Shown: positions 36,700-50,102, counted from the whole stretch's first letter. The stretch: DNA of 59,010 nucleotides, filler included, from Sphacelaria rigidula (GCA_964200075.2; 7 parts of 7 records of this genome joined end to end with filler, not necessarily neighbours in it); one strand, 5' to 3'. Numbers and translations are program-made. The notes: generated by a model not told the origin, from the letters alone.

Positions 36700-39600
36700 C
36701 TGAGGTGGTTGGCAGAAAGGCGGTTAGCCTGTGATTGATCCAGACTGGAGACTTGCTGAAGTTGCGTGCAACGGGAGTTTGGAGGTCCCTACGACTGTGT
36801 GATGCGGCGACGAAGCAAGGGTGAAGTATGCAATTCGCGACGATCCGCTAGCCTGCGAAAGGTTCGCAGGTAGCCGGCTGCTGCTACGGCGACCGGCTCG
36901 CGTGCTGCGTCCAGCGTGACGCCCGTGGTTATGCGGGAAGAGTTGCGACCTCCCCAGTACGGGGACAGGTAATCCGAGAGTGCATCTCGCACTTTCTACA
37001 CACCAAGTACTTGGAGTACAGAAAGCGTGTGAAGCACGCTCACGCAGGGGATGCTGTGCGACATCACGTAGTGTCGATGGCTCAACAAGTGCCGACGCAT
37101 GTGGAGAGTGCTTGCTCGTGTGGAACATGATGAGAGCACAATAATCCCGCCGCAATTGGTTGGGGTGATCGAAAAGCATGCTGGGCATGTGGCTGGCGCC
37201 GGGGTGGAGTTGACCCAAGCGTCTGCGGCCGTGGCGAAAGCTGTCGCCATGAAGTCTCGGGAAAAGACGGTGCTAGAGCGGGTGCAGTCAATTCTGTCCA
37301 ATCTGCAGAAATACTTATAAGAAAATCCGAATGTGGAAGTAGTATATCGTTCCCCCGATGGTGAGTCCATTCCCGGCCCGGCTGCAGTAATCACCAAGGC
37401 TTTGGTAGAGGGGTTGGCGCCGAAACATTCAAGCAAGCTGTGCTTGTTAAGTTGCAGCACGAAACAAATTGGAAGACCGACTCTTACCTGGTAATGGACA
37501 CCGTCGTGGCCGAGGCGTTCGGGGGGCGGAAGATAGAGGTGTTCGGACAGTCGTCCACCTCCACGCCAAAATCTTTGCACAACCATGACTCGAAATCGAA
37601 ATCGGCCGGCCGCACCACGACCATCACCTGCCGCCGCTGTGGCCAGGTCGGCCATTACGCGCGCGATTGCCCAACATGTTCCGGTGGAGATTCCGGGCAG
37701 TCTCATGCCGCGCGCCATCAGCATCGTCAGTACAAAGCAAATCACGAGGTGATTGGAGTGGTGGTGGCGGCGGATCTTCCGACGGTGGAGGGTCGCAGTC
37801 GAGTTCTCAGCAGGAGCAGCAGAGGCAGCGGCGTCAGCATGGGGCTGGTTCTTGGTTCGGCACCACCGTAGGTGCTACTGCTCCGCAACGGGCGGTACAG
37901 GTGGGACTGACTTCTACAGTGTCGAGCACTGCACCAGCGCCGGTGGTGACGCCGGCAGCGGCGCCAGGCGCGACGCCTGCTGACGCGCTGGTCGGAGCTT
38001 CGCCAAATTCTCGGTCTGCTAGTTGGGGGTCGTACCCGCCGGCGATGCCGTTTGAACCTGCCGGGGCGACTTTGCATGCGCAGCTTGCGTGGCCGTGGCG
38101 TCAAGTGAGACTAGCGGCGCATAGGTCAGCGGAAGAAGTTCCCGTGAAGCTTGCCGACAAATACATTCCGGCGGAGTTACGTCTTCCGAACCAACGGGAG
38201 CGTGGAGCCATTCATTGCGGTTCGGGCTGTGTTGGGTTTTGGCGCCCACTTCACGAGTCTGTCGGTGCAGATTGTAGAGATTTCTGAGCGTCTTCTCCCG
38301 GGTGTGCCGCTGCGCATTCCGTTTTCGCTCGGGGCGCGGCCGTCATCGCGTCGGGTCAGCATGTTTACGTCACGGAGCGTACTGTTCCGCTGTAGCTGAC
38401 TTTGACGACTTCATGGGGGCCGGCGCAGTTGCCTCCGATCTCGTTTGCGATCATGCCGGGGTCGGATGGTGTTATTCTTCCGGGGCTGCCGACGCATCAG
38501 GGTATTGGAGTCGACACTCGGCGGTTGCGGGACTCCATGAAGACGCGGATGTCTCCGCCTGGCCCGCGCTTGGAGACGCCCGCCGGTTTGGACAGTCGTC
38601 GCGTGAGCTTGTCGGTGGATGTGTTTCAAGACGCTGGGGGGCAGGTGACCGAGGCGCGAGATGAGGCGGTGGAACGCTTGGTAGAGCGCGGCCCGGAGAT
38701 GTTTATGGATCCGACGGAAGAGGAGTCCGCTCGGATCGTCGCGCTGAAGGAGAGCGTGACGGATGCTGTGCACGAGTGGCCACTGGGTTGCCTGTAACCT
38801 CAAATTTGGACGTTACAAACCTTGTGCAACGTCTATAACGTCCAAATTTGAGGTTGCAGGCACCCCAGTGGCCACCCGTGTGGCGAAGGGCCTCAGCTTC
38901 TCAAAAGCGGAGTGCCTGTGCAGCATCTTGCATCGCCGCGTCAACGCGTTTCGTCGTGCGCTGCGGGGTGATCCTCCTGCGCGCGTGGAGCCCATGCGTG
39001 TTCAGCTGAAACCTGGGGCGTCCGCGGTGAAGACGAAGCCGCGGCGGTACGATCCAGTGAAGTCGAGTTGGTTGGCATCGTGCATCGTGGCTCTGATGGC
39101 GCTCGGGTTGGTGTTACGGAACTTGCAAGCGGTGTGGTTCAGTCCAGCTATGGCGATTCCAAAGAAGGATTCGCTCCACCTGGTAAGCGACTACGAGGCC
39201 GTGAATGAGCAGATTGAGAAGTCGCCGGGTTTGATGCCCAACCAAGAGTCGGGCATCCTTGATCTGATGAGTGCTCGTTTAGAGAGTGCTGGTTTGTTTG
39301 CGGCTGCGCACAAGTGTACCTTTTTGCTAGTGAACTCGTGTGGTGGGGGAAAGTGTACTCACACGGTCGCGTATCTCATGACCCTGCCAGATTGCAAGGC
39401 TTGTCTGGCATGCGGCGCCCGGAGACGGCCGCAGAACTCATGCGATTCCTCAAGACCGTGGGTTGGCTGCGTACCCCCTTGCCGCGTATGGCAGAATTCG
39501 CAGCTCCCTTGCGTTGTTTCCTCGAAGAACTCATGGCGGGTGCTGCGAGGCGGACGAAGCGTGTAGCGAAAAACCGCGCTATTCCGCCTGCATCGTGGAC

Positions 39601-41718
39601 GGAGGGTAGGCTACAGGCGTGGGCGGTAGCGAAAGATCTGGTGGCTCATGCCGTGACGCTGTTCCATTCTCGTCCTGGTTGTCAGGTGTTGATGTTTCGG
39701 GATGCATCTGAGTGCCATTGGAGTAGTTTCCTCACGCAGATGCCTGAAGTTGGAATGCAACAACGCTTGCCGGTCGAGGATATGACATATGAAGCGCGGG
39801 CTTTCCTCAGTGGTAGTTTCAAGGGTTCGCAGTTGCGTTGGGCCACAATTGTCAAGGACGGTTTTGCTATTGTGGGCCCCTTTCGTCCTTTGGAGCATTT
39901 TTTGTGGGGTGGCGTGCACATTTGTACGGATCACCGAAATCTCGTGTATATTTTTAACCCGGAGGCGTGCGCTACGTCTGTGTAGAAGGCGTTGGCACAA
40001 CGCTCGGAGCATTTGAAAGTTGTGCTTAGCCAGTATCGTTACTCGATTTGCCATATTTTGGGTGACCGTAACGCGTGAGGTAACTTCCTTTCGCGTTGAG
40101 TGAACATTCCGGCTTTGCCTGTGCGCGCTGTGGCTGTATATGGTTCGTGTGAACCTGATGACTCGATGCCGTCCAAATGTGTTGTCCGCCAAGCGCAACG
40201 GAAATACCTTGGGGCCGAAGATGTGGGTGTGCAATCTTTCGAATCGGACGTTGGTACTGCTATCTTGGACAATGAAGGCCTGTTTCGTGTGCATGTGTGT
40301 GGCCGAAACATTTTGTGGATTTCGAGTTCTGACAAGCAGTTGCAGGTACGTCTAATGATTTGCGCGCACATGCGCGACGCCAGACATTGTGATGTGGCTG
40401 CGACGCTTGTGCGCTTGCAAGAGTTTTGTGTTCGGCGGGGGATAGAAACCCATGTGTGCGAATTTTTCCGTCAGTGTCTTCACTGTGCTGACTTGAGAGC
40501 GGGCGACGTTGTTCCCCGCCCGTTCGGTGAAACGGTCCATGGGGCCATGCCAAATGAAGTCGTTCATTTTGACTTCTTGTACGTGGGCGAGAGTGGCCCG
40601 CTAGTTTCCCAAGGTTTGTCGAAAGATGCTGGGTTTCGATATATATGGGTGATCATAGATGATTTGAGCAACTTTGTGGCTCTGACACCAGTAGCAGTGT
40701 ACTGCTGAATCGACTGCTGCATGTTTGCTAAATCGGTGCAAAAATATGGGAGTGCCGCGTGTGCGGGTGAGTGATACCACCACGCATTTCAAGAATGCGA
40801 TCTTGGCCCGATTACGAGAGGCTTTGCACGTTGACCACAGTTTGCGGTGGCGAATTCTCTGTGGTCCAACGGCACGTGCGAACGCATGGTCAAGGAAGTA
40901 GTTCGTGCTCTTCGCTCTATTCTTCCCGAGCAGCGTAGAGCGGTTTCCGAGTGGATGGACGTGTTGCCTGCGGTGCAATGAGCGCTCAATACAGCGTATC
41001 GTCGTCGTTACGATAGTACGCCGTACCACGTGATGTTTGGTCGTGCCCCTCGGACGTCTTTCTCGGTGTTGGCGTCTTCGTCGGCGGGGGAATTGACGTG
41101 TGATGTTTTGGACGATGTTCAAATTAAGAGTACATTGCAAGGAGTCTTGGACTTGCAAGAACGTTTCCACGTTCAAGTGCAGGAACGTGTTGCCGCTGAA
41201 CGTGCCCGTAGACGTGGGGGGTCCTCGTCGGGGCTGGGACTACCGAATTTAGAAGTAGGCGGCTGTATCTTTTATGCACGCGTGCGTCGTCCGGGCGTTA
41301 CGCCCAAGTTGGTGGCGATGTGGACTGGTCCATGGACCGTGGTTGATGCTTATCACCCGCACGTGTTCGAGATCCAAAACATTGTTTCGGGTCGTGTTCA
41401 GACCGCCCATGTAGCTCGTTTGCGTTTTATGTAGACGCGCAACTTAATGTTCCGGCTGACGTGAAGGAAGTGTTCCAGCACGCTTTCAATCAGAGGCAAC
41501 TTCAAATGGCTGGTATTGTCCGAGTGGCAGAAGCAGACGATCGTTCGTTGGTCGTGTTGGTCGACTGTGATGGTTTCGAAGTTGAGAAGCGTACGTGGGA
41601 GCCTTTCAAGGATATGTTTGAGGCCGCTCCGAAATTTCTTACGAAGGAATTACGTAAATTGCGCGTGACTTATGCCGTTGCTGCTCGCATTACACGTGAG
41701 TTTGATATTCAATTGTGA
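36700..41718 (+). mobile_element. Decayed Ty3/Gypsy chromovirus gag-pol
   Basis: CCHC knuckle CRRCGQVGHYARDC (~37628-37670); protease-like AVLGFGAHFTS; RT WFSPAMAIPKK..LVSDY..VN; RNase H DAS...TDHRNL; integrase HMRDARH...CLHC, VHFDFL, IDDLSNF, VSD..THF, SNGTCERM; WTGPW; chromodomain LVDCDGFEVEKRTWEP. Many stops and frameshifts. Confidence 0.93.
38771..38880. mobile_element. 110-bp CAC...GTG MITE with 2-bp TSD (CMC/EnSpm-like) inserted in pol
   Basis: ~44-bp near-perfect TIR CACGAGTGGCCACTGGGTTGCCTGTAACCTCAAATTTGGACGTTA; TG duplicated; removing the element plus one TG restores ESVTDAV-AKGLS in frame. Confidence 0.88.
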
Positions 41719-42124
41719 CTTACTCATCGTTTTGGCGTTTTTTATGTGTCAAGCTTGTTGATCGACTTTTGTCCAACAACAAGGGATCTTACAAATTGGG
41801 GATGGGTTTTTTATTGGGGATGAGGAACCCGGAGAATTAAAACCTTCGTATCCACGCCAAATCTTCGACATATGGTTCCATTTTTCACCTACTGAAAGCT
41901 ATTGACAACTGCTACACGCCACAGAAAGTTGGGTTTCGATCACCCCAAATTTGGCGTCCTAGGTGGAAAGGCAATTTCGGAACCATTTTGGCGTTCATTC
42001 GGACACCCGAAATTTCCCAAAATTGGTTTTCCACCCAGGACCCCAACACCCCCCAAGTTCAAATTTAATATATGTGTTGTTGTGGTCGGAGCACCGCCCG
42101 TCCTGGCATGTGTGTGGCAGAGAA

Positions 42125-42224
42125 NNNNNNNNNNNNNNNNNNNNNNNNNNNNNNNNNNNNNNNNNNNNTTAATTAATTAANNNNNNNNNNNNNNNNNNNN
42201 NNNNNNNNNNNNNNNNNNNNNNNN
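42125..42224. other. Artificial contig linker
   Basis: 44 N + TTAATTAATTAA + 44 N. Confidence 0.98.
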
Positions 42225-43654
42225 GTCATGGATTACGGTAGGGACGGAGGTCCTCTTCCACTCTATCACGTCAGGCATGTGCGGTGGCGCGGCACAGCGC
42301 GCTGGCAAGAGAGCGTTGCCTTGCTGCTGCTGTTGTTGCTGCTGCTGTTTTGACCACCACTTGCTATTCCGCCGCATTTAAAAAAAAAAATCGCGCGGAA
42401 ATGACGGTTTCACGCCGCTTTCACGCCGCTTTCACGCCGCATCATAGCGTGCTGTGATTGGTCAGTTTCCCTTCGTTTGTACAACCAACTCTACAGGGCT
42501 TGTGGAGGGCTCTCTGTTGCAGCCCTGAACTCAAGGATTTCAGCAGTCTTTTCGGTTTGGGAAACGAGTTAGGAGCAGCAGAGATATGCTTGTCTGAAGA
42601 ATGTTAGCTTCTTGCCCGGCCCAGCTCGTACATGTTATCATTTCACATTTTCACCGCTTTCGCCGAGTTTCCTCTGGCGGCAAGGCTTTTTTTCCCACAC
42701 GTCCTATTGCAGCGCACCAAAAAGGCTCAGCGGTATATCACCGTTCGGGTTTGGGCGCCATCTAATACCTGTGGCGCGTGTTCTGGCCACCGAAAGTCGC
42801 TCAAACTGGCCCTTTTTCGCGCGATTTCGATATCGAACCACAAAAGCCTTCAAGATCGTGGAAAATTGGACAAAATATATATTTTCGACTTGCGTCACCC
42901 CCGGGAAGCCCGTACCAACCTCCCGAAGGGGAACCTTGAATATATATATTATATTGTATCATTGTTGATAGCACCGCGACTAGTTTAGGCGCGGTGCTCG
43001 TCCTTTGAGGATCCTTTTTTTTTCAAGGGGAGTCGGGAAAGGCACGACACGGGTTTGATTCGTGCGCAAAAAACATGGCACGGGCACGTTTCAATTCAAC
43101 ACCCACCGGCGGAGTACTGTCATCTTCGATTTTCAGAGCTCCCGTTACATTAGTTCAATTCTTTCACTACATGAGTTCTTATCTCCGACCCGTGGTCACG
43201 GGGTGCAAGGAACTCACCACCGATGCCCATAAAACCAAGAGTCGACAGAGGATGTCTTTGTACAAAAAACTGTACACGAAAACAATCACCCCGCCAAAAC
43301 CGATCGAGCAACGAGGAACACACTGCAAGCCAGTAAAATACCGGCGTGCGATCTAGACGACCAAATTACCACCTCCTGCTGCATGTACATGTAGGAAGAG
43401 CAAACGCAGGAATCGACATGTCACAGGCAGCGAGAACCACCCCGAAAAAGACTTGATAATATTGAAAAATATCCCAGGTTCAAGGAAATTAGGCGGTGGC
43501 TTCATCGACGAAACATCAACTGACTTGGCTCCGCATCAACATCAAGTGAGTTGATCACCCTAATATCAGCTCGGTGTAATTACCCAGAGCTAATCCAAGT
43601 TCGAAAACCTCAAATCTACCTGCCCTTTTGTTTTCCCTCACATTTTCAACCCCC

Positions 43655-43928
43655 CCCCCTTCTCGGAATGAGTCCGTGGTCTCGAGGGCTCAACCCACCT
43701 CTCCCCCGGTACGCGCCTTTCGTTTCGCTCTCGCGGATTGGGTCAGCACTTACGCACGGCGTCAACCCACGTCACACAAACCCCGTCGACTAATATTGTT
43801 TACCCACGTACTCCCCTTTTCCACGGTGGAGATCGTACATAACGAAAAAAAACCTCAATCAATCGAGAATCGAACCCACGTTCTCTCCGCCCCAACGGCA
43901 ACAGTCGGATCAACACACCACCGAGGCG
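43655..43928 (-). mobile_element. tRNA-derived SINE
   Basis: Minus strand CGCCTCGGTGG...ACGTGGGTTCGATTCTCG (B box), body related to the 49830 SINE. Confidence 0.65.
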
Positions 43929-45199
43929 CTAGAAGCGGATGTTTCCGTGATGTGTCGGGAGCAGTATAGAACGAAGGCAATATAAAACTGAGGACACACC
44001 CAATGCCCTCCAATCCTGGCCCCCGAAAGGTACTGGGAAAAAGACGTTGGTTCGACGACGTTACTGTACAGAAGACTACACAACGCCGAAAGAACCGGAG
44101 CCCAAAACGAGAAGAAACGACGCCGCTAAAAAGTCACAGAGACTGACGGAAGCTGACGTGGATGATGTCGGATTTGACGAAGTTCGTCACGTTTCGAGTG
44201 TAGACATCTGGTTTTGGAACGCAGCACGGCATCAAGAAGGTAGACAAGGGGAAGGTAAAGGAACGAAGAGGCGTGAACAAGCGTGCAGGCTGAAGATTGC
44301 ACTGAGGCATGTTGGAAGAAATAAAGAAAGAAAAGTCTGGTACCGACGAGAGCAATCATTGAAGGTGTGAGAGGGCAGGATGAAAATAAGACTACACATA
44401 GTTGAGAGGGAGTTGAACAGGGACAAGGAATTGCCACTTGTGGTACTTACCGTCAGCGGTGGTTTAGCTTCCAGCTACGCTCTTGGTGGCTGTGGGTCCG
44501 CTACCTTGTCGGGTCGTACTGTTTTTCTTCTTTTCGAGGGGAGGGGAGATCTTAGTTGGTGGCGTGACGGGTTGGTTTCCGGGAGGGGACAGGGAGTTAT
44601 GACTGACCCGCGGTGCTCTGCGCGGTGACAAATCGTCGTTTCTTGACGCATATGACGCTTTCTCCTTTCACAAGTGCCGTTGGAAATCAGACAGAAGCGT
44701 AGCACGCGTGTCGTAGAAACAGAGGTCGCACCTTGTGAAAGCTGAATCGCCATCCCCCGCCGAGAGATCATAGACTGTTGTTTGGGACAGGGCTGCTGTA
44801 CACTCGTAGCATGGATGAGTGCACTCCTCGGCCGCTTTCACGACGGTTTTTACGCACGCGCGGCCGTCCGCGTGGGCGTATACCCTGTCTTCACCGCCGG
44901 TAGGATCGGACATGCGGTGGAACGGGGTGTTGGCCCCGATCTCGCCACCACACGGCAAGCAGAGGAAGGGCAGCTGTTTCTGGAGCCCTTCGGGATTGGT
45001 TTTGTATCCTGCGAGACAGAGATGTGGGTGTTGCAGGTGGAGCACCTGTCAATGCCGAACGAGTTGGCAGGAGGACGAATCGACGGTTGCGGAAAGTTCA
45101 GCGAGAAAATAGTACGGAAGGAAAGATAGTTGCACTGTGAGCGAATGCGCGACGAACGGGTGTTGAAAGCAACGATGTCAAGTACGTTGAAAAGGGAGG

Positions 45200-46000
45200 A
45201 AGTGGGCTGAGAAGTTGCCTTCTGTTTTCAGGATACTTCTCGATGAGCCTGCACTGAGGAACTACGGCCTCCATGTAAGTGTGGCATGCTGTATAAGCAA
45301 GTCTAGCATGTAGCAGTGTATTATCACAAAGAAGGTGGGAGGTCCCCTGCTAGAGTCCCGTTCCTAATGTGTGTCGAATCGTGGGCTTGCAACGGTTGGC
45401 GCCAACTCCGGTGGGAAAGTACATCGAAAGCATCGAAGAAATGGGCTGGGGAGTGAGCCAGTTAAAAATCTATATCTTCATTGCTATTACTGGAGTTCAA
45501 CTGGAAATGGGTACGAGAGCGTCAGTTGTCCAGTGCATGTGGAGGTGTTGCGCCGCTTGTCTATACCGAGTAATTTTTATAGTAGTTCAATGATGGGGAG
45601 TTTATAAGAAAGAAACATTGTGTACAATTAGACTGTAAGGTTGAAGTCAGCAGTCTACGGCAGTCTAGGTCCCACAAACGTCGGTGGTACCCGGCTGTTG
45701 TGCAGTTTTTTTTATCGCCGACATCGGGTCGGTCGAAGGCTGGTAAGTCGAATGAGATAATCGAAGAAATGAAGAAGTGGGTCTCAGTTATGGTGGGACG
45801 CTTGGTGCTGAAGTGCCGAACTCCATACCCCAATCCACAATTGCATGAAGATCGATGTGAACATGACGCAGGAGATACTCACAATACGTCGAAGTAATGT
45901 AGCAAGTATGTACCTCATCCGAAGGAAAACATTCCGGTCACGGGCGATCACAAAACACACAAGCGTTCTATCGAATAAGCTGCGGTGAGAACCTGTTTAC
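45200..46000 (-). pseudogene. Second Ulp1-like remnant
   Basis: TITETHFF followed by QHLHMHWTT..LV...I.IFNWL, resembling FFNTFF...HWxLxV...IxxYDSL; heavily decayed. Confidence 0.35.
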
Positions 46001-46390
46001 TTCAATTGCCCATGGTACTGCCAGGGTGTGGCATGTTTGTTCCGATCCCCAGGTCCCCAAGAAGAGGGTCTGCTGCTGGATGGTGTAGAGAAATGATGTT
46101 CGAATCGCAACTACGTACCGAAGACATGTTAGAGTAGTACGAGGCTTGTATCAGCTCGCAGTGAGTGGTTATATTATTCACAACCAATCACGGGTACCGC
46201 AGGAAAAAAAGGTCAAACACGGGAAAAAAATCTGACTTGGGCGACGCTCCTGAGCGGGACCCCCTACGAGCCGGGAGGGGCGATTATCTAGAACAAGTGG
46301 ATGGAGTGGCAACTGGCGCGGCAAGTGTTGACGGAACTGAACAGAGCTGGTTATTCACAGCCCCGAGAATAAATTTGAGGTTTTGTGCGT

Positions 46391-47430
46391 TAAGGTGCAT
46401 TGAGTAGGATACGAGAGTTTTCGTGGATCATACAGAAGTAGGGGGTACCGATAAAAAATCGCTCGGAGGTCACGGAACTTGTCGGGTAGGGATAGGACGC
46501 TTACAGAGAATCCACTGGTGGTCTTGTGAGGGAAAAGGGTTGCATAGCAAATAGAACACGCACCCGGATATTTGTACAAGGGTGTAGGGTTAAACCGTGT
46601 GTACAGAAAGAAGAGAACTATCTTGGAAGGGTATGGTGGATCACAACAGTCACGCAACTTTCGTGGACCGGTAGGACAGTCTTCGACAAGTCACAGAACT
46701 GTCGAGGGATTAGGAAAGCGTTACTGAGATCGAAGATCTGTCGAGTAGGGGTATGCAAGTGACACTGAAGTCATAGAGCTATCAAGCTCGGCAATGAAAG
46801 TCTTACAGAATTCACTAGAAAAATCGGGTAGGCCAACCACAGTCCAAGAGAAGCTACAGAGCTGTCGGTTACGGGGATGAAAGTTTTCCAGAAGTCACCG
46901 AACGGCCGTAAAGGGATAATATCTATAAAGATACCCCGTGTATCCAACGAACCAGCCCCCATACGAGATAGGGTTGGACACCATAGCCCGTTGCCCTGCA
47001 AATTGATACCGATGGCGGCGCAGATGAAGGCCAGTCGGTCCGATACCTGTTGATTATCATGTTTCGCTTTCCGTTTCAACTCGTACCCTGTAACCCGTCT
47101 GTTTCCCGAACAGGAAAAAATATCCTGAAGGGTGTATGGAGTTGAATACCAAGGGGTGTTAGATGGATGGAGGTTGGGGAACAAGTGCGAGCTTTCAGAA
47201 CAAAGGTAGGGATTGAGTTTAAATCTTTACCCCTCGCGGGTAATACCCGCACTCTGCTTGCATCGCATATACGCACAAGGGCATATATGTTGAATCCGGG
47301 CCGGGATTACGGGAGGCTTACAGACATTGCAGAGTCGTCGACCAGGGGTATGAGGCAGTTTCAGATAATAACAAACTGGCGAGTACAGTTGAGAAAGGTC
47401 TTACACAGCTTCTGGGTACCGGTTTGATAG
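46391..47430 (+). repeat. Diverged copy of the ACAGAAC/GGGTATG sub-repeat element
   Basis: Same motifs as 1611-2189 (CTTACAGA, CACAGAACTGTCG, GGGTATG). Confidence 0.7.
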
Positions 47431-48899
47431 TTTTACACGGTTGAAAGGACTGAACAAAAATGACAGCAGGAGCCAAACGTCCTGGTGAAGACGCGATTCT
47501 CTTGTTTTGCCATATCATGCCGACAAGGTGTAGGTTCGTTTTAACCATACGTCGGACGACAAAACACACAGCTTGTTGACAGCACTGATGGGAATGGAAC
47601 ATGATGTCATCACTTCTGTACAGGATCAAAATAAAAGTGTTCGAAATGTACGAAATGCCAAGAGTGGAGGAAAAGCGGACAAGTTAGAGAGTAGTGAGGG
47701 GAAAGGTGGAGCCTTGTTCCAAGAAACGCACAGCGCGGTGTACAGTCTATAGTCGATGTCCCAGTTTCACTGTGCTATATCTAATGAATATGAGATAGAA
47801 CTGATATTCAACCGACACAGGTATTGAATCCTCGCGACAAGATATACCGACGTGTACGAAACGATTATCGAGAAACCGACTGTCTAGTGTCTTCTTGACT
47901 TTGATGTAAGGAGTAATTCGTGTCCGATATTGTCCTGAACAGATCGTAACACAAATGTAGGTAAAGGAAGCAGGCAGCAGCCAGCGTAGATCAAGGCCCA
48001 TTTGTTGGGATCAAACCCCCTCCGGTAATAGGCGAACAATGGTATCTTAAGTATCCGGTGGGGGCACTGTGTGTACCTGACATTTACAGGCGGTACGACG
48101 GGTACCAAACCAGTCACGAAGCAAAGGATACGGTGGCTTCATGAAACGCAATACACGCCAGGAAAAATCTCACATCTGTCCGAAGTACATCCCCGCCTCG
48201 AAGTTGTTGCTCATAAAAAAGGGCAGACCATGGTCTCCGCCTGCGCCGAGTTAAACTCTGCCGGAATCTTGGTCACGTCGACTTCCTGTTTGCGTTTAGC
48301 GGCCATCATGCACGCGAGGGGAGAGGGGGATCCGAAGGAAGAAGGAGAAGACATGATTCTGGGGACTGAGAACGGGCTTTGGAAGGAATTGATTTGGGGT
48401 TGAGTTGGGTTGGCTTGGGGGCAGGAGGAGTTGTGTCATGGTAGGGTGGGTGATACTTCAGGTAACGAGACGAGCACACTTTGGCCTTTTCCCCGAAGGA
48501 CCATGTTAAAAGCCATTCCGACGTGTCCAATGCGGTAGCCGTTGGTGTCTGGACATAAACTCCTTCCCAAAAATTTAACAACTGCACTTGAAAAACAAGA
48601 ACGTAACCGACAGGATCTTCACTCTCCTTCGAACGGTGCAAGAGAGTTCCGGTATTCAAGTGGCATTAGCCGTTTTGTTTTTACTAGCATATTTCGAACC
48701 GTCATCGATCGTCGTGGGAAAATAACAATATGACATAGGATAACAGTAGTGTTAGTTCGGTTTGAATCCGGGTTGAAATCTGGAGTTGACTGCACACATG
48801 CAAAAGCGTTTCGGAAATGGGCGAAAGGAGTTGTCGGGGTTTTGACATTTGACCCTACCGTTAGATTGGATCCTTTATTGGATCGTTGGCAAATATTGG

Positions 48900-49120
48900 A
48901 AAAATCACAACATGACCGCAGTGCCTACATTCGATGGCAAACGGGTAGAAGTCGCTCCGAAACCGGACATCCTTAGCCCGCGATAGTAGTCCAACTGGGC
49001 CATGTATAGAATTTTCATGCGAAATTGATGCCGATTCAACATATGACTTACTCTCGCCGTCTGAGGGTTGAGACGGTTGATGTGCACATGTAGAATCCGT
49101 CCGAGGAATGAACGGTGTAT
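48900..49120 (-). pseudogene. SWIM-finger-like remnant split by a piggyBac MITE
   Basis: RILHVHINR, MITE, then SDFYPFAIECRH (CxCxxF...GIxCxH-like), upstream of the Ulp1 remnant on the same strand. Confidence 0.3.
48971..49067 (+). mobile_element. piggyBac-type MITE
   Basis: CCTTAGCCCGCG...GAAATTGATGCCGATTCAACA...CTCTCGCCGTCTGAGGG followed by TTGA. Confidence 0.8.
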
Positions 49121-49310
49121 ACGCAACCCTGCGCAAAAAAACCGGAACTTGAAATCGGAACGAATTGACGTCGAAAACATGACCGGGTCGGGTCCAGGAG
49201 AAGAGCAGGACTTGGCCGGTTTACGGAGGTTTGTACGTCACGAGTTCGAATGGGCATCAAGTTCGATGCAAATGTTAGTGCGTGACTGAGGTCGCGTATA
49301 GTCCCGATAA

Positions 49311-49411
49311 CCCCCAGACCGCGGTGCCGGCAATTCATCTTGATATGCATACTTATTTCAGGTGAACATTGATGCCGATTCAGCTGGTGACTTACCCTCG
49401 CGGTCGAAGGC
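49311..49411 (+). mobile_element. piggyBac-type MITE
   Basis: ATAA, CCCCCAGACCGCGG...TTGATGCCGATTCAGC...CTCGCGGTCGAAGGC, TTGA. Confidence 0.75.
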
Positions 49412-49829
49412 TTGAGCAGTCAATTTTTCACCTCGAAAGGTGGAAACGATCAATGAAAGCCCACGAGGTCGAAATCGTATGTTAGAGTAGAAGCGTTATT
49501 CACCGAAGAATCACAGTAAAGGAAAACAGCGTGCATACATACCGGCTCTGCACGCAATTGGCTTCAGGGTCAAACTCAGTTACCGGTTCCCCAGGATAAT
49601 TCCCATATATATATGACAAATATTGACGTGTTCATGAAACGTATCTTGCGTAGCGAGAGAAGAACAGTTCTAAATCTCAAATGTTGCGCCGTTGAACTCG
49701 ATCCACCCACGGGGGTGTCGTTGTCGACCAGGGGTGTGATGGACTTACAGAACATACAACCCTGTCGGGTGCCGGTATAAAAGTTTCACAGGGGTGACAG
49801 GATTGAGGAACACACAGCAGTAGCCGGTC

Positions 49830-50102
49830 GCCCCGGTGACTGAGATGGTAACCTCGAAACCTCCTGACGGTTGGGACGTGGGTTCGAATCTCGGGAAGGC
49901 CTGGGATTTTCTCCCACACCATGCCCAACCGTGGAGAGCGACCATGTCATGAGTACACACAGTTCGACTTCACGGTCGACGAGGGAAGGGACCGCTGAAA
50001 CCTTCTCTCGGTAAAAAGAAAGGCAAGCACCGCAGAAGGAAGGTGGGGTGCTCAAAAGAATTAAAAAAGAAAAAAACTCCTGTTTTAGCCTTCCTCTGTG
50101 CG
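49830..50102 (+). mobile_element. tRNA-derived SINE (3' truncated)
   Basis: A-box-like TGACTGAGATGG, B box GGTTCGAATC (49881-49890), no closing acceptor stem, body shared with 19060-19272. Confidence 0.75.

Noticed and set aside
36996-37745. 249-aa minus-strand ORF
   Set aside because: Antisense to Gypsy gag; no motif
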